A DNA stretch of 63,170 nt, the filler included, from Octopus bimaculoides (taxonomy: Eukaryota): NCBI RefSeq assembly GCF_001194135.2. It is 3 parts of 3 records of this genome, joined end to end, with 100 filler letters (N's around TTAATTAATTAA, not from the genome) between each part and the next. Parts side by side here need not be neighbours in the genome. Positions count along the whole stretch, not along the records: positions 1 to 10,261 come from NC_068982.1; positions 10,362 to 38,962 come from NC_068986.1; 1 more part is not named here. One strand, given 5' to 3'. The translations under genes were made by a program, and so were the position numbers. The notes under the pieces are model-generated. The model was not told the origin of the DNA and made no database searches. It saw only the letters and a list, made by a program, of their open reading frames with translations. Every line of letters starts with the position of its first letter. Positions within the stretch are counted from its first letter, which is position 1. Positions 1 through 10,745 of this stretch are shown piece after piece.

Positions 1-2
1 TG

Positions 3-497
3 CTACATGGCAGTGAAACATGGGCTGTAACTGCTGAGGACATATGTAAGCTCGCAAGGAATGAAGCCAGTATGCTCCGTTGGATGTGTAATGTCAATGT
101 GAATACCCGTCAGAGTGTAAGTATCTTGAGAGAAAAGCTGAACATTAGAAGCATCAGTTGTGGTGTGCAAGAGAGACGATTGCGCTGGTATGGACATGTG
201 GTGAGAATTGATGAGGATAGCTGCGTGAAAAGTGCCACACCCTAACCAGTTGAGGGAACCCGTGGAAGAGGTAGGCCCAGGAAGACCTGGGCTGAGGTGG
301 TGAGGCAAGACCTTCGTACATTGGACCTCACCGAGGCAATGACTACTGACCAAGACCTTTGGAAATGTGCTGTGCATGAGAAGACCCGGCAAGCCAAGTA
401 AGATCGTTGCCAGTGCCCCTGGACTGGCTCTTGTGCGGGTGGCACATAAGATGCACCATTTTGAGCGTGGCCGTTGCCAGTACCGCCTGACTGGCTT
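3..497 (+). mobile_element. RTE-clade LINE 3' end: RT C-terminus (frameshifted) plus start of 3' UTR, cut by N gap
   Basis: Manual translation from 3 gives LHGSETWAV...RRLRWYGHVVR, then after a frameshift GRGRPRKTWAEVVRQDL...QAK* (stop ~401). These are typical RTE C-terminal motifs. The downstream UTR matches the reverse complement of 3950-4050. Confidence 0.85.
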
Positions 498-1146
498 NNN
501 NNNNNNNNNNNNNNNNNNNNNNNNNNNNNNNNNNNNNNNNNNNNNNNNNNNNNNNNNNNNNNNNNNNNNNNNNNNNNNNNNNNNNNNNNNNNNNNNNNNN
601 NNNNNNNNNNNNNNNNNNNNNNNNNNNNNNNNNNNNNNNNNNNNNNNNNNNNNNNNNNNNNNNNNNNNNNNNNNNNNNNNNNNNNNNNNNNNNNNNNNNN
701 NNNNNNNNNNNNNNNNNNNNNNNNNNNNNNNNNNNNNNNNNNNNNNNNNNNNNNNNNNNNNNNNNNNNNNNNNNNNNNNNNNNNNNNNNNNNNNNNNNNN
801 NNNNNNNNNNNNNNNNNNNNNNNNNNNNNNNNNNNNNNNNNNNNNNNNNNNNNNNNNNNNNNNNNNNNNNNNNNNNNNNNNNNNNNNNNNNNNNNNNNNN
901 NNNNNNNNNNNNNNNNNNNNNNNNNNNNNNNNNNNNNNNNNNNNNNNNNNNNNNNNNNNNNNNNNNNNNNNNNNNNNNNNNNNNNNNNNNNNNNNNNNNN
1001 NNNNNNNNNNNNNNNNNNNNNNNNNNNNNNNNNNNNNNNNNNNNNNNNNNNNNNNNNNNNNNNNNNNNNNNNNNNNNNNNNNNNNNNNNNNNNNNNNNNN
1101 NNNNNNNNNNNNNNNNNNNNNNNNNNNNNNNNNNNNNNNNNNNNNN

Positions 1147-1266
1147 NAGAAGAAGAAGAAGAAGAAGAAGAAGAAGAAGAAGAAGAAGAAGAAAAGAAGG
1201 AGGAGGAGGAGGAGGAGGAGGAGGAGGAGGAGGAGAAGAAGAAGAAGGAGAAGAAGAAGAAGAAGT
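1147..1266. repeat. (GAA)n/(GAG)n trinucleotide microsatellite
   Basis: Directly visible; source of the poly-K/E/R ORF artefacts. Confidence 0.95.
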
Positions 1267-2239
1267 GAATGAAATTGGATTTCCATGGTTTGAAATAAAT
1301 CTGTATCGTCTTTTCATTTCCATGTTACAAAAAAATAAGATCTTTTCGCTAATTTCGTTTGATATGTCTATTGTTATATCTTTTCCACTCCTCACATTCT
1401 ATAACAGTTAACATACAGCTGAGAACTTTACAACAGAGTTCATGTGTACTTCAACAATCGATAAGAATTTATTCTACCTCCCAAGAGGAATAATAGCTGA
1501 AGTAATGAAATTTTACGACAGACCTATAAAGGGAAACAACCCCTGCCTTCTTATTTAGCTGTAATAATAACGTTAACCGATTCATAGCGAATAATAACCA
1601 TCTTTTAGTAGAGGTGTACGTAGGTTTTAGATTTTAAACTAAGATTTTATATATTTCTCGTGTTTGATAGGAAGTGCCTTCACAATAGTTACCCCGTCTT
1701 CACGAGACTGTAGTAAATTATGATTTCTTATTCTGCTAAAAGGAAGAAATGACCTCTAAGCTGCACTGAAGTAAAATAAATTGATGTGCGATTTTGATGG
1801 ATTTTGTTTTGTATATTTTGCTGATGTTTCCGAATTTACCAAACTGTCGCTGTGGAAGGCTAACAAAAGTACAAATGAAATGAGTATATACATATGTATG
1901 AGTGTATGTGTACGCTCGCGCGCGCGCACACATACACACACACAGAGGAGACGAACGTGGATTTAGGAAGTACATTTTTAGTTCTTAGAGAAGTATATTA
2001 AATCGCTTTGAGAGTGCTCAACGTTTCAATAGGTAGTTGGTGCTATGGCATGTTCTATGTGAATTAAGATGGACCTCAAATAGAGCGCTTAAAAATGTGA
2101 AATATTTACCACAAAGTATGTATTTATATTTTTATGGGATCTTTATGATTTGACGGGCAACATTTTTTTATGTAGTGTTTTTGGTACCGAAACACTTTCA
2201 AACTTCGAATACTTGTATATTTTGTGTTATAGAACAGAT

Positions 2240-2845
2240 AAAAAAAATTTGTATTCGAAGTTATTTCATGTAAAAAATTGTCGTATTTCGGTAATTTCAA
2301 CCAATCACTGACGTCTATTGGGGTGAAAACAATTACGCCGTGGAATGTAAACAACGGTGTTATGGGATTTTTTCCCTTGAATAAAATTAGTGCCGTTGTT
2401 TGTCAACAAAAATTATCCGTTGTCAACAACAACTATCAGCGGTATATATTTCGTTTGTCACTGTTATTTATGACATCGTTCGTGCGTTTGTACTGCTTTT
2501 AGCTTTAGGGTTTTAGGGTTAGGGTTCGGGTTTTAGAGTTAGGGTTAGTTTTAGGATTACGGTTAGGGTTATGATTATTTTTGCCATAACCTTAACTCTA
2601 ACCCTATAACTCATAACCATAACCCTAACCCTAACCCTAACCCCAACCCTAACCCTAAAACCCGAACCCTAACCCTAAAACCCTAAACCCTTACTAGGGA
2701 ATAATGATATAATTAAACAGGGAATAACACACTTGACACCGAACAGCACTAACTGTATTCAGCTGAATAGACGTCAATGATTGGTTGAAATTACAGAAAT
2801 ACGACAACTTTAACATGAAATAACTTGCGATGTACATTTTTTTGT
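2240..2845. mobile_element. Palindromic MITE-like element with internal inverted telomere-type (TTAGGG/CCCTAA) arms
   Basis: Outer inverted repeat 2258-2319 vs 2766-2826. Inner inverted repeat 2504-2539 vs 2652-2687 (35/36 match by eye). No coding capacity. Confidence 0.7.
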
Positions 2846-2958
2846 TAAGAAGGTTAAAAGAAGAAGTTGTTTTATATGACACATTCTACCAGTGTCCCAG
2901 TGTTTCGTTAAGAAAACAAGTGTTGCCCGTCAAATCATACGGATCCTTTTTATGTATA

Positions 2959-3325
2959 TACATAGTTTGATCAATAAATATTCGGACTGTTGCCATAGTA
3001 ACGAAACTAAGGCACATAGAGTAAAGCCGCTTGGCACAGATTGACCTTGAAATTTGCTGTGCCTGTGCACTAAGTTTTAACGCTTTAGCTCACTTCTGCT
3101 GTTTACAGCAGTGCTTGGAAGGAACATGTGTAATATGTGATTGTTGTATCGACCATGATAGAGAAAGTTGAGCAGAGAATCTGCATCCAATTTTGCCAAA
3201 AGCTTGGTGATACCTGCTCAGAGACCTATGCAAGGTTGCAGAAAGTGTATGGAGAGGAGTGTATGAGCCACACACAAGTGTACAAGTGGTTCAGACGTTT
3301 CCAAGATGGCCGAAAAAATGTTGAT
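2959..3325 (+). mobile_element. mariner transposon 5' fragment (TIR-like start, N-terminal HTH of transposase)
   Basis: 3155-3325 translates MIEKVEQRICIQFCQKLGDTCSETYARLQKVYGEECMSHTQVYKWFRRFQDGRKNVD, a classic mariner N-terminal HTH. A TA followed by a TIR-like sequence lies at ~2959. Confidence 0.85.
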
Positions 3326-3425
3326 ATTTTTTTTTTTTAAGTTTCAGCTTAGAGCTGCGGCCATGCTGATATGTGTGTGTGTGTGTTTATATATATATAT
3401 ATACATACATACACGCACACACACA

Positions 3426-3483
<58 letters not shown>

Positions 3484-3492
3484 GGAATAAAA

Positions 3493-3764
3493 GAAGGGTA
3501 AAAATGCCGCTTGCCAAAGATGAAAGCGAAAGCTTCAAAAAACCACTAATACTACAATAAATACACACATGAGCAATGCATGTTTTCTCATGCACAGCAT
3601 GAAATCAATTGATATTGGGGTATGTAAACTATCTTCAAATTCCATCCTGAAGGTAGGCCTATTTTTAAAATGTTCATTGCATTGCTCATGTGTGCATTTA
3701 TCATAAGATTGGTGGTTTTTGAAGCTTTCACTTTCATCTTTGGCAAGCGGTATTTTTACCCTTC
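3493..3764. mobile_element. Foldback MITE with ~88-bp terminal inverted repeats
   Basis: 3493-3580 is the reverse complement of 3678-3764 at roughly 90% identity by eye, with a ~97-bp spacer. Confidence 0.8.
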
Positions 3765-4110
3765 ATCATCATCGTCGTTTAACGTCCGCTTTCCATGCTA
3801 GCATGAGTTGGACGATTTGACTGAGGACTGGTGAACCAGATGGCTACACCAGGCTCCAATCTGATTTGGCAGTTTCTACAGCTGGATGCCCTTCCTAACG
3901 CCAACCACTCCGAGAGTGTAGTGGGTGCTTTTATGTGCCACCGGCACGAAGGCCAGTCAGGCGGTACTGATAACGGCCACGTTCGAAATGGTGTATCTTA
4001 CGTGCCACCCGCACAGGAGCCAGTTTGGCGGCACTGGCAATGATCTCGCTCGAATGTCTTTACACATGCCATCCGGCACAAGTGCCAGGAAAGCAATGCT
4101 GGACATACCT
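3765..4110 (-). mobile_element. RTE LINE 3' UTR retrocopy with (GAT)n tail
   Basis: Reverse complement overlaps the UTR at 402-497 and the copy at 6085-6265, and ends in ...ggacgttaaacgacgatgatgatg. Confidence 0.85.
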
Positions 4111-4678
4111 ATTTAGGTAGAAGTCTTGCTAACCACCTCCTTATTACTTTTTTTAATAGTAGTAATGGTTTAAAATATTTGCTTTTATATATATATAGTC
4201 GTTGATCGGATGGGTTCGGATGGGTTTTCATGTTTTTTATTATGGTATTTTAACATGAAAAAAACATTTTGTGATACTCTAAAGTTAAATTAGCACATTC
4301 ATACATAATGAAATCATCAGATTTCAAATATGTTTAACTGACAGTTGAGTTCTTGACCACTTTAGTACCTCTTAGAACGCTACAACAAGCTGAATTTTTA
4401 GAATAGCTTTTTGACCAATTCGCATGCCGCTTCAACATCACGGTTTTCCAGGTGTACTGATATTCTGTAACTTGCTTATATTTATATGCTAGAGTTATTC
4501 TTTAATCCACTTCCTTAACTGGTTGTTATATTATTGCTGTTATTTCCATTCAAAACAGGTATGAACATTTTGATAAACCATTTTTCTTTTAATTTTTCTT
4601 CCAATACCACATGTGTCATGTAGTTTGTGGAAAGGAAAGCGTGAAAACCAGACCATGTTTTAACTTTATGCAACATAT

Positions 4679-4717
<39 letters not shown>

Positions 4718-5210
4718 NNNNNNNNNNNNNNNNNNNNNNNNNNNNNNNNNNNNNNNNNNNNNNNNNNNNNNNNNNNNNNNNNNNNNNNNNNNNNNNNNNN
4801 NNNNNNNNNNNNNNNNNNNNNNNNNNNNNNNNNNNNNNNNNNNNNNNNNNNNNNNNNNNNNNNNNNNNNNNNNNNNNNNNNNNNNNNNNNNNNNNNNNNN
4901 NNNNNNNNNNNNNNNNNNNNNNNNNNNNNNNNNNNNNNNNNNNNNNNNNNNNNNNNNNNNNNNNNNNNNNNNNNNNNNNNNNNNNNNNNNNNNNNNNNNN
5001 NNNNNNNNNNNNNNNNNNNNNNNNNNNNNNNNNNNNNNNNNNNNNNNNNNNNNNNTATATATATATATATATATATATATTTATTTATTTATGTATAGAG
5101 TGTTTGAAGTGGTGTACAGATATTGTATATTGAAGAGGCAGTCAGAATTTTGGTTAATTCTTTATTAGTACTTTTGTTCATTTATCAAACTTGTCAAGAC
5201 TAAATTAAAA

Positions 5211-5287
5211 TCAAAATGGTAAGAACAGACGAAATACCACTAAGTATTTGGCCTGACATGCTAATGATTCTGCCAGCTCACTGCCCT
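5211..5287 (-). mobile_element. SINE family B 5' fragment
   Basis: Reverse complement ggcagtgagctggcagaatcattagc... matches the heads at 19176 and 19663. Confidence 0.7.
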
Positions 5288-5341
5288 ATACATATATATA
5301 GACAATATTCTACCCTTATGAGTTTTGCAGTAAAATTATAT

Positions 5342-5497
5342 ACACACACACAACAAATTTCCTCACAGTTTTTGTCTACCATATTCACTCAAAAGGCATT
5401 GGTTGTCCCAGGGCTATAGTAGAAAACAAGATGCCTTGCAGAGGTATTGAATCCAAATGCCTGTCATTGCAAAGCAGGCTTCTTAACCACACAGCCA
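5342..5497 (-). mobile_element. SINE family A, diverged 5' half
   Basis: Reverse complement tggctgtgtggttaagaagc...ttctactatagccc...ggtagac aligns to 7884-8040. Confidence 0.7.
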
Positions 5498-6063
5498 TAA
5501 TGCTGCCTTTTGCAAATAACTTTTTTCAGCCATATTCAAACTGTCCAGTTTCACACTTGACCAGTCACTGACCTTTATTTACTTTATTTAATTTAGTTCT
5601 ATCTTTATATTCTTTTTATAAATTTATTTATATCTATTTATTTATTTAATTAATTAAATTTTTTCATCTTTTTTAAAACATTTTCATATATATTTTTCTG
5701 TCTTCCCCAACCTACTTTCCCACTCCTAATTCTGAATGTGTTTTCTGACCTTTGGACTAACTTACCAGATTTTTTGCTAGCAGAAAAATAAAAATTTCTT
5801 TAATTGGAAATCTTAGGAAAATTGTAGCTCACACCTGAACACCACTCCTATTTAATGAAGCTTTCTGCGTGTTTTCTTATATAAACACAAAAAATGAAAT
5901 CTCTTCAATGGTTGAATAAGCCAGAAGGTAAAATTTAAAGTACCAGTAATCCTCATCGGTAAATGCTTTGTAGTTATTCTTAAACTTCCTTTAAAATCAT
6001 AACCTTAATTCAACATCCATCCATCCATCCATCCATCCATCCATCTATCCATAAATACATACA

Positions 6064-6230
6064 TACACTCTCGGAGTGGTTTACTACACTCTCGGAGTGG
6101 TTGGTGTTAGGAAGGGCATCCAGCTGTAGAAACTCTGCCAAATCAGTTTGGAGCCTGGTGTAGCCATCTGGTTCACCAGTCCTCAGTAAAATCGTCTAAC
6201 CCATGCTAGAATGGAAAGCAGACGTTAAAC

Positions 6231-6266
<36 letters not shown>
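6064..6266 (+). mobile_element. 5'-truncated RTE 3' end retrocopy with (GAT)n tail and candidate TSD
   Basis: Matches the reverse complement of 3765-3925. The 11-mer atacatacata flanks it at 6055-6065 and 6265-6275. Confidence 0.85.
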
Positions 6267-6600
6267 ACATACATAATGTACCAAAACATTCCCACAAAAA
6301 CCTATAAATACTTGATTCCATGAAGAAAGAGTATAAGAAACTGATGTGGATTCTCCAAATCCAATTTATAAATGGCACAATGAAGATTTGTAAGATGTTC
6401 CCAAAATTTTCCATCTGAGATTCTTTAGGTGAGTCAATACACACACTTGAGTGTATGCATCCACAGTTCAACCAACACACCAACCCAACCACATATTTAC
6501 AAACACCAGAAACTCTCTCGACTCAAAAGTCTTGTCGCTTTGTTGGTAACTAGTTTGAACTGTGTCAAGAAGAACTTAAATAAAACGTACATACATGCAT

Positions 6601-6803
6601 GTGGCTGTATGGTGAGTAGCTTGCTTACCAACCACATGACTCCAGGTTAATTTCCACTTCGTGGCACCTTGAGCAAGTGTCTTCTACTATAACCTTGGGC
6701 TGACCAAAGCCTTGTGAATGGATTTGGTAGATGGAAACTGAAAGAAGCCTGTCGTATGTATACATATATATATTTATATGTATGTGTGTATATGTTTGTG
6801 TGT
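6601..6803 (+). mobile_element. SINE family A 5' half (tRNA-like head, gcaccttgRgcaagtg core-like motif)
   Basis: Highly similar to 7886-8090. Confidence 0.85.
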
Positions 6804-7165
6804 CTATTAATGATCTTCTTGTTAGTCCACAGAATAGGCAGGGATTCGTTGGAGCAGAGTTGGCATCTCCTGGAAATGATATTATATGGTTTTGCATGCC
6901 TTACTATGGAACAAGTTATGTTATACTTAATTTTATCTTGCTTCTGTTGCTACAAAATCGGCAAAAGATGTTGAATGTCTCTTATTGATTCTCTTGAAGC
7001 TGGCAACATGGTTGTGATAATGATTCTTGAATGAATCAGCTGTTTGCCCTATGTAAACATACAGCCCTCCCTTGTGGCACATGGTACATTTATATACAAG
7101 ATTTGTACTCGTACATAGGGTCATCAATGGGCATTTTGATTTTTCTCTGCATGAGCATTTATTGT
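6804..7165 (-). mobile_element. Penelope-like element GIY-YIG endonuclease fragment (pseudogenised)
   Basis: SCREKSKCPLMTLCTSTNLVYKCTMCHKGGLYVYIGQTADSFKNHYHNHVASF shows the CxC..CPL, VY..YIG and FK.RY.NH pattern of PLE GIY-YIG domains. Homologous to 31724-32070. Confidence 0.85.
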
Positions 7166-7172
7166 ATTTATT

Positions 7173-7230
<58 letters not shown>

Positions 7231-7446
7231 TGTGTATAGATGTAGATATAGATATATATAAATATAGATATAAAATTAATCAAAGCGCATACTAAGTAGG
7301 TCTACCTGCTTGAAATAACAGTTAAAACTCATTATTAAATCACCAAAAAATACACTGGTGATTACTACAGAAATCAAATGAAGACAAATTTGGTTAAGAC
7401 AATCTACTTACATACATTTAAGTATTTGGATTTAATGACATTGGAT

Positions 7447-7517
7447 AATAATAGAATTAACGGTACCTTTGTAAATTAATTTTTAATAATAGAATTAACA
7501 GTACATTTGTAAATTAA

Positions 7518-7522
<5 letters not shown>
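7447..7522. repeat. 38-bp tandem duplication (2 copies)
   Basis: aataatagaattaacggtacctttgtaaattaattttt is followed by a copy with 2 substitutions. Confidence 0.9.
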
Positions 7523-7566
<44 letters not shown>

Positions 7567-7883
7567 TATAGATATAAATATAGATATACATACACACATA
7601 TATGTGTGTGTGTGTGTGTGTATATGCATGTATATATATATATTGGAAAAAGAAAACACAAACAATACCCAAATATTTTTATCAAAAAAATTAGAAGTTA
7701 TGATAAAAGCATTATTATAATTATGACAAATGTATTGCTATGATTAATGACACTGAAAATATCAAAAATGAGGCTAACTAATTTAATGTGCTAAAAATTT
7801 TAATGAATTAAGTTTTAGAACATTGATGTGATACTTACTGTATACCATCCATTGTACCTCACTGTATATATGTATATATACAT

Positions 7884-8289
7884 GAGTGGCTGTGTGGTAA
7901 GTAGCTTGCTTACCAACCACATGGTTCCGGGTTCATTCTCACTGCGTGGCACCTTGGGCAAGTGTCTTCTACTATAGCCTCGGGCCTACCAAAGCCTTGT
8001 GAGTGGATTTGGTAGGCGGAAACTGAAAGAAGCCTGTCGTATATATGTATATATATTTATATGTATGTGTGTGTATATGTTTGTGTGTCTGTGTTTGTCC
8101 CACCAACATCGCTTGACAACCGATGCTGGTGTGTTTATGTCCCTGTAACTTAGTGGTTTGGCAAAAGAGTGTGGTGGAATAAGTACTAGGCTTCCAAAGA
8201 ATAAGTCTTGGGGTTGGTTTGCTCAACTAAAGGTGGTGCTCCAGCATGGCCACAGTCAAATGATTGAAACAAGTAAAAGAGTAAAAGAG
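7884..8289 (+). mobile_element. SINE family A, essentially full length
   Basis: tRNA-like head (gtggctgtgtggtaag A-box; ggttcattctc degenerate B-box), central TA/TG tract, and 3' module ending aaacaagtaaaagagtaaaagag. Several homologues lie in the window. Confidence 0.9.
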
Positions 8290-8330
8290 ATATATATATG
8301 TATATGTACATATGCACATAAAGGCATGTA

Positions 8331-8364
<34 letters not shown>

Positions 8365-8370
<6 letters not shown>

Positions 8371-8627
8371 CTTGTCTTGACATGGCATGATTGTTGTAAA
8401 CGACCATAATCATCATACAAGTGATTTTGTTCCTTTCAAGTCTTTTGGGAAGAACATGTCTGTCCCTAAGAAATATTTACTTTACTTGAAAACAGAAGAG
8501 GGTTGGTGACAGGAAGGGCATCCGTCAAGAAATTCCGTCTGAGCCATGCAAGCATTGAAAAGTGGACATCAAATGACAATGACAATGATGATGATAATGA
8601 TACTAATGATGGTGATGATGGTGATGG

Positions 8628-8674
<47 letters not shown>

Positions 8675-8711
8675 GTGATGATGGTGATGATGGTGATGAT
8701 GGTGATGATGG

Positions 8712-8770
<59 letters not shown>
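8365..8770 (+). mobile_element. SINE/LINE 3' module with RTE-like tail and ~200-bp (GAT/GGT)n expansion
   Basis: ggttggtgacaggaagggcatcc...ccatgcaagcattgaaaagtggacatcaaa resembles the RTE 3' end at 6101-6230 and is followed by a GAT tract. Confidence 0.7.
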
Positions 8771-9220
8771 TATATTCTACTCAGCTATAAATTACACACA
8801 TGTATTTCATTCAACCTCTTCAGTCATGGATAAAAAAGTAAAACTATTTTTTAAATTTTTATTTTTTATTCATACCAAAATACTGGTAAATAACACATAT
8901 TGAGTAAATTCTTAAATAATCCAATATTCAATTTTTGGCATCGATAAATAAAAATTTTGCTAACACTAGGTAAAAAAAAAATACCAATTTACTTACATCT
9001 GTGAGATTTACAGGAAGATGCAGCCATCCTCTTTGACTTGCGAACAAACACTGAGTCAGAATCACGTGGTCTTGGTTTATATATGTGTTTTAGAGGTGTC
9101 CAATGAATTGGTAACGTAACTGTGACTCAACTTAATTATAATTTATATTTCTTTTGTAATTTATGCAGAAAAATTGTCCAGTACATTGGACAAAGTGACT
9201 GAGGGGTTAAAGAAGACATG

Positions 9221-9438
9221 CTATTGGTTTTAAATTTTGGCATGAAACCAACAAGTTCAGAAGAGAGTGAAAGTTGATTACATCAACCCCAGTGCTTGAC
9301 TGGTACTTATTTCATTGATCCCAGGAGGATGAAAGGCCGAAGTCAACCTCAGTGGAATTTGAACTTAGAGAGTAAATTTGGTTGAAATGCCACAAAGTAT
9401 TTTGCCTGATGTGTTAACAATTCTGCCAGTTCACCGTC
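9221..9438 (-). mobile_element. SINE family B (Nin-domain-like), full length, diverged
   Basis: Aligns to 17531-17744 and 39834-40011. Confidence 0.85.
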
Positions 9439-9488
9439 TTTAAAGAGGACATAATATTTAAATTAATTTAAATACAGTAACTTAAATA

Positions 9489-9791
9489 TGGGAAAGGGCC
9501 AACCAGGAGCCCATATATGTTCAGATTAGATGAAGGAAATGGAGATGGATCGGACACACACTGCGGAAAGAACCCTCAAATGTCACACGACAAGCACTTG
9601 ACTGGAACCCGCAGGGGAAAAGGAAGCAAGGACGCCCGAAGCAGACATGGAAGCAGAGCATTTTGGACGAGCTCAGGACCACCGGCCTGACATGGGAAGC
9701 AGCCAAGAAACACGCCAATGACTGCAAAAAGTGGAAAACAACTGTTGAGGCCCTATACTCCACAAGGGGCAAAAAGGATTAAGAGAGAGAG
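9489..9791 (+). mobile_element. 5'-truncated RTE-clade LINE (second family) with 11-bp TSD
   Basis: 9489-9782 translates [53 protein letters not shown]...KKD*. It has a short (AG)n tail, and aacttaaatat occurs at 9479-9489 and 9792-9802. Confidence 0.9.
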
Positions 9792-10151
9792 AACTTAAAT
9801 ATTAATTTGAAGATAAATATAATATTTATATATCCCAATGGATTAATTTAGGTTAATTTTGAACTTTTGTAGCATCCTACTAGTAATACAAAAAAAACAT
9901 TTGTATGGATCTGGAAATTATGGTCCCAGACTGTTTCTATTTTTGTATTTTACTTTGCATATTACATATAATATTTTGCATAGGTAATTTCACATAATTC
10001 TGAACTTAGTAACCTTTCTGGAAATTAAGAAAACAAAACAAATAAATAAATAGATAAACAAACAAACAATCAAATAAATACATAAATATATTAATGAGTC
10101 TTAATAATTTCTTCTAATTACATTGTAAAGACACACACACACACATATATA

Positions 10152-10248
<97 letters not shown>

Positions 10249-10261
10249 TTAGGGACAAAAT

Positions 10262-10361
10262 NNNNNNNNNNNNNNNNNNNNNNNNNNNNNNNNNNNNNNN
10301 NNNNNTTAATTAATTAANNNNNNNNNNNNNNNNNNNNNNNNNNNNNNNNNNNNNNNNNNNN
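10262..10361. other. Artificial scaffold linker (44 N + TTAATTAATTAA + 44 N)
   Basis: Six-frame stop 12-mer symmetrically embedded in Ns; identical structure at 38963-39062. Confidence 0.9.
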
Positions 10362-10745
10362 CCGTGTAGCCGACTATGTTGAATTGTGGACACCCTATGC
10401 TATCCTTATCCGCTGGCCTACAGAAAAATCTATCTAAGTACGATCTAGACGACCCGATGCGATTAGTCCAAGTCCACATTGGCACATTCGGGTTGTCTAG
10501 TCGATACCTGTCGGACAGCTGAAAGCGTTTGAGCAGGTTGGCGAGGCTCTTGCATCCCCCTTTCCTATTAGATGCTCCCGCACCCACCCTATCGATACGT
10601 TCGTCTAGGACAGCGTTCCAGTCCCCAACTAGCACTAAAGTGCGAGAAGTACCTAGGAAAACCTCCAGACGTTTGAAATAATCCGACCGCCCTGCTCCTG
10701 TCGGAGCGTAGGCAGCCAGCAGTCTGAAAGCAGCGCCATCACTAC
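10362..10745 (-). mobile_element. Tx1/L1-clade LINE apurinic-type endonuclease fragment
   Basis: Uninterrupted ~126 codons: DGAAFRLLAAYAPTG...LVLVGDWNAVLD...LSDRYRLDNP...WTWTN...SYLDRFF. These are the EEP-family YAP, GDxN and SxLD motifs. Confidence 0.85.

Noticed and set aside
3-1395. Long ORFs (264-427 aa) spanning the first gap, and similar long ORFs over every N block
   Set aside because: They are open only because N runs and simple repeats contain no stops.
2504-2690. True telomere or chromosome-fusion site
   Set aside because: The arrays are short and degenerate and are nested within mirrored non-telomeric arms, so an element-borne repeat fits better.
8503-8833. Poly-D/poly-M ORFs and the many [12 protein letters not shown] ORFs throughout
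   Set aside because: Translations of GAT, CA and TA microsatellites.
10306-10317. Palindromic TTAATTAATTAA between N runs (also 39007-39018)
   Set aside because: Artificial six-frame-stop scaffold linker, not biology. Adjacency across it should not be interpreted.
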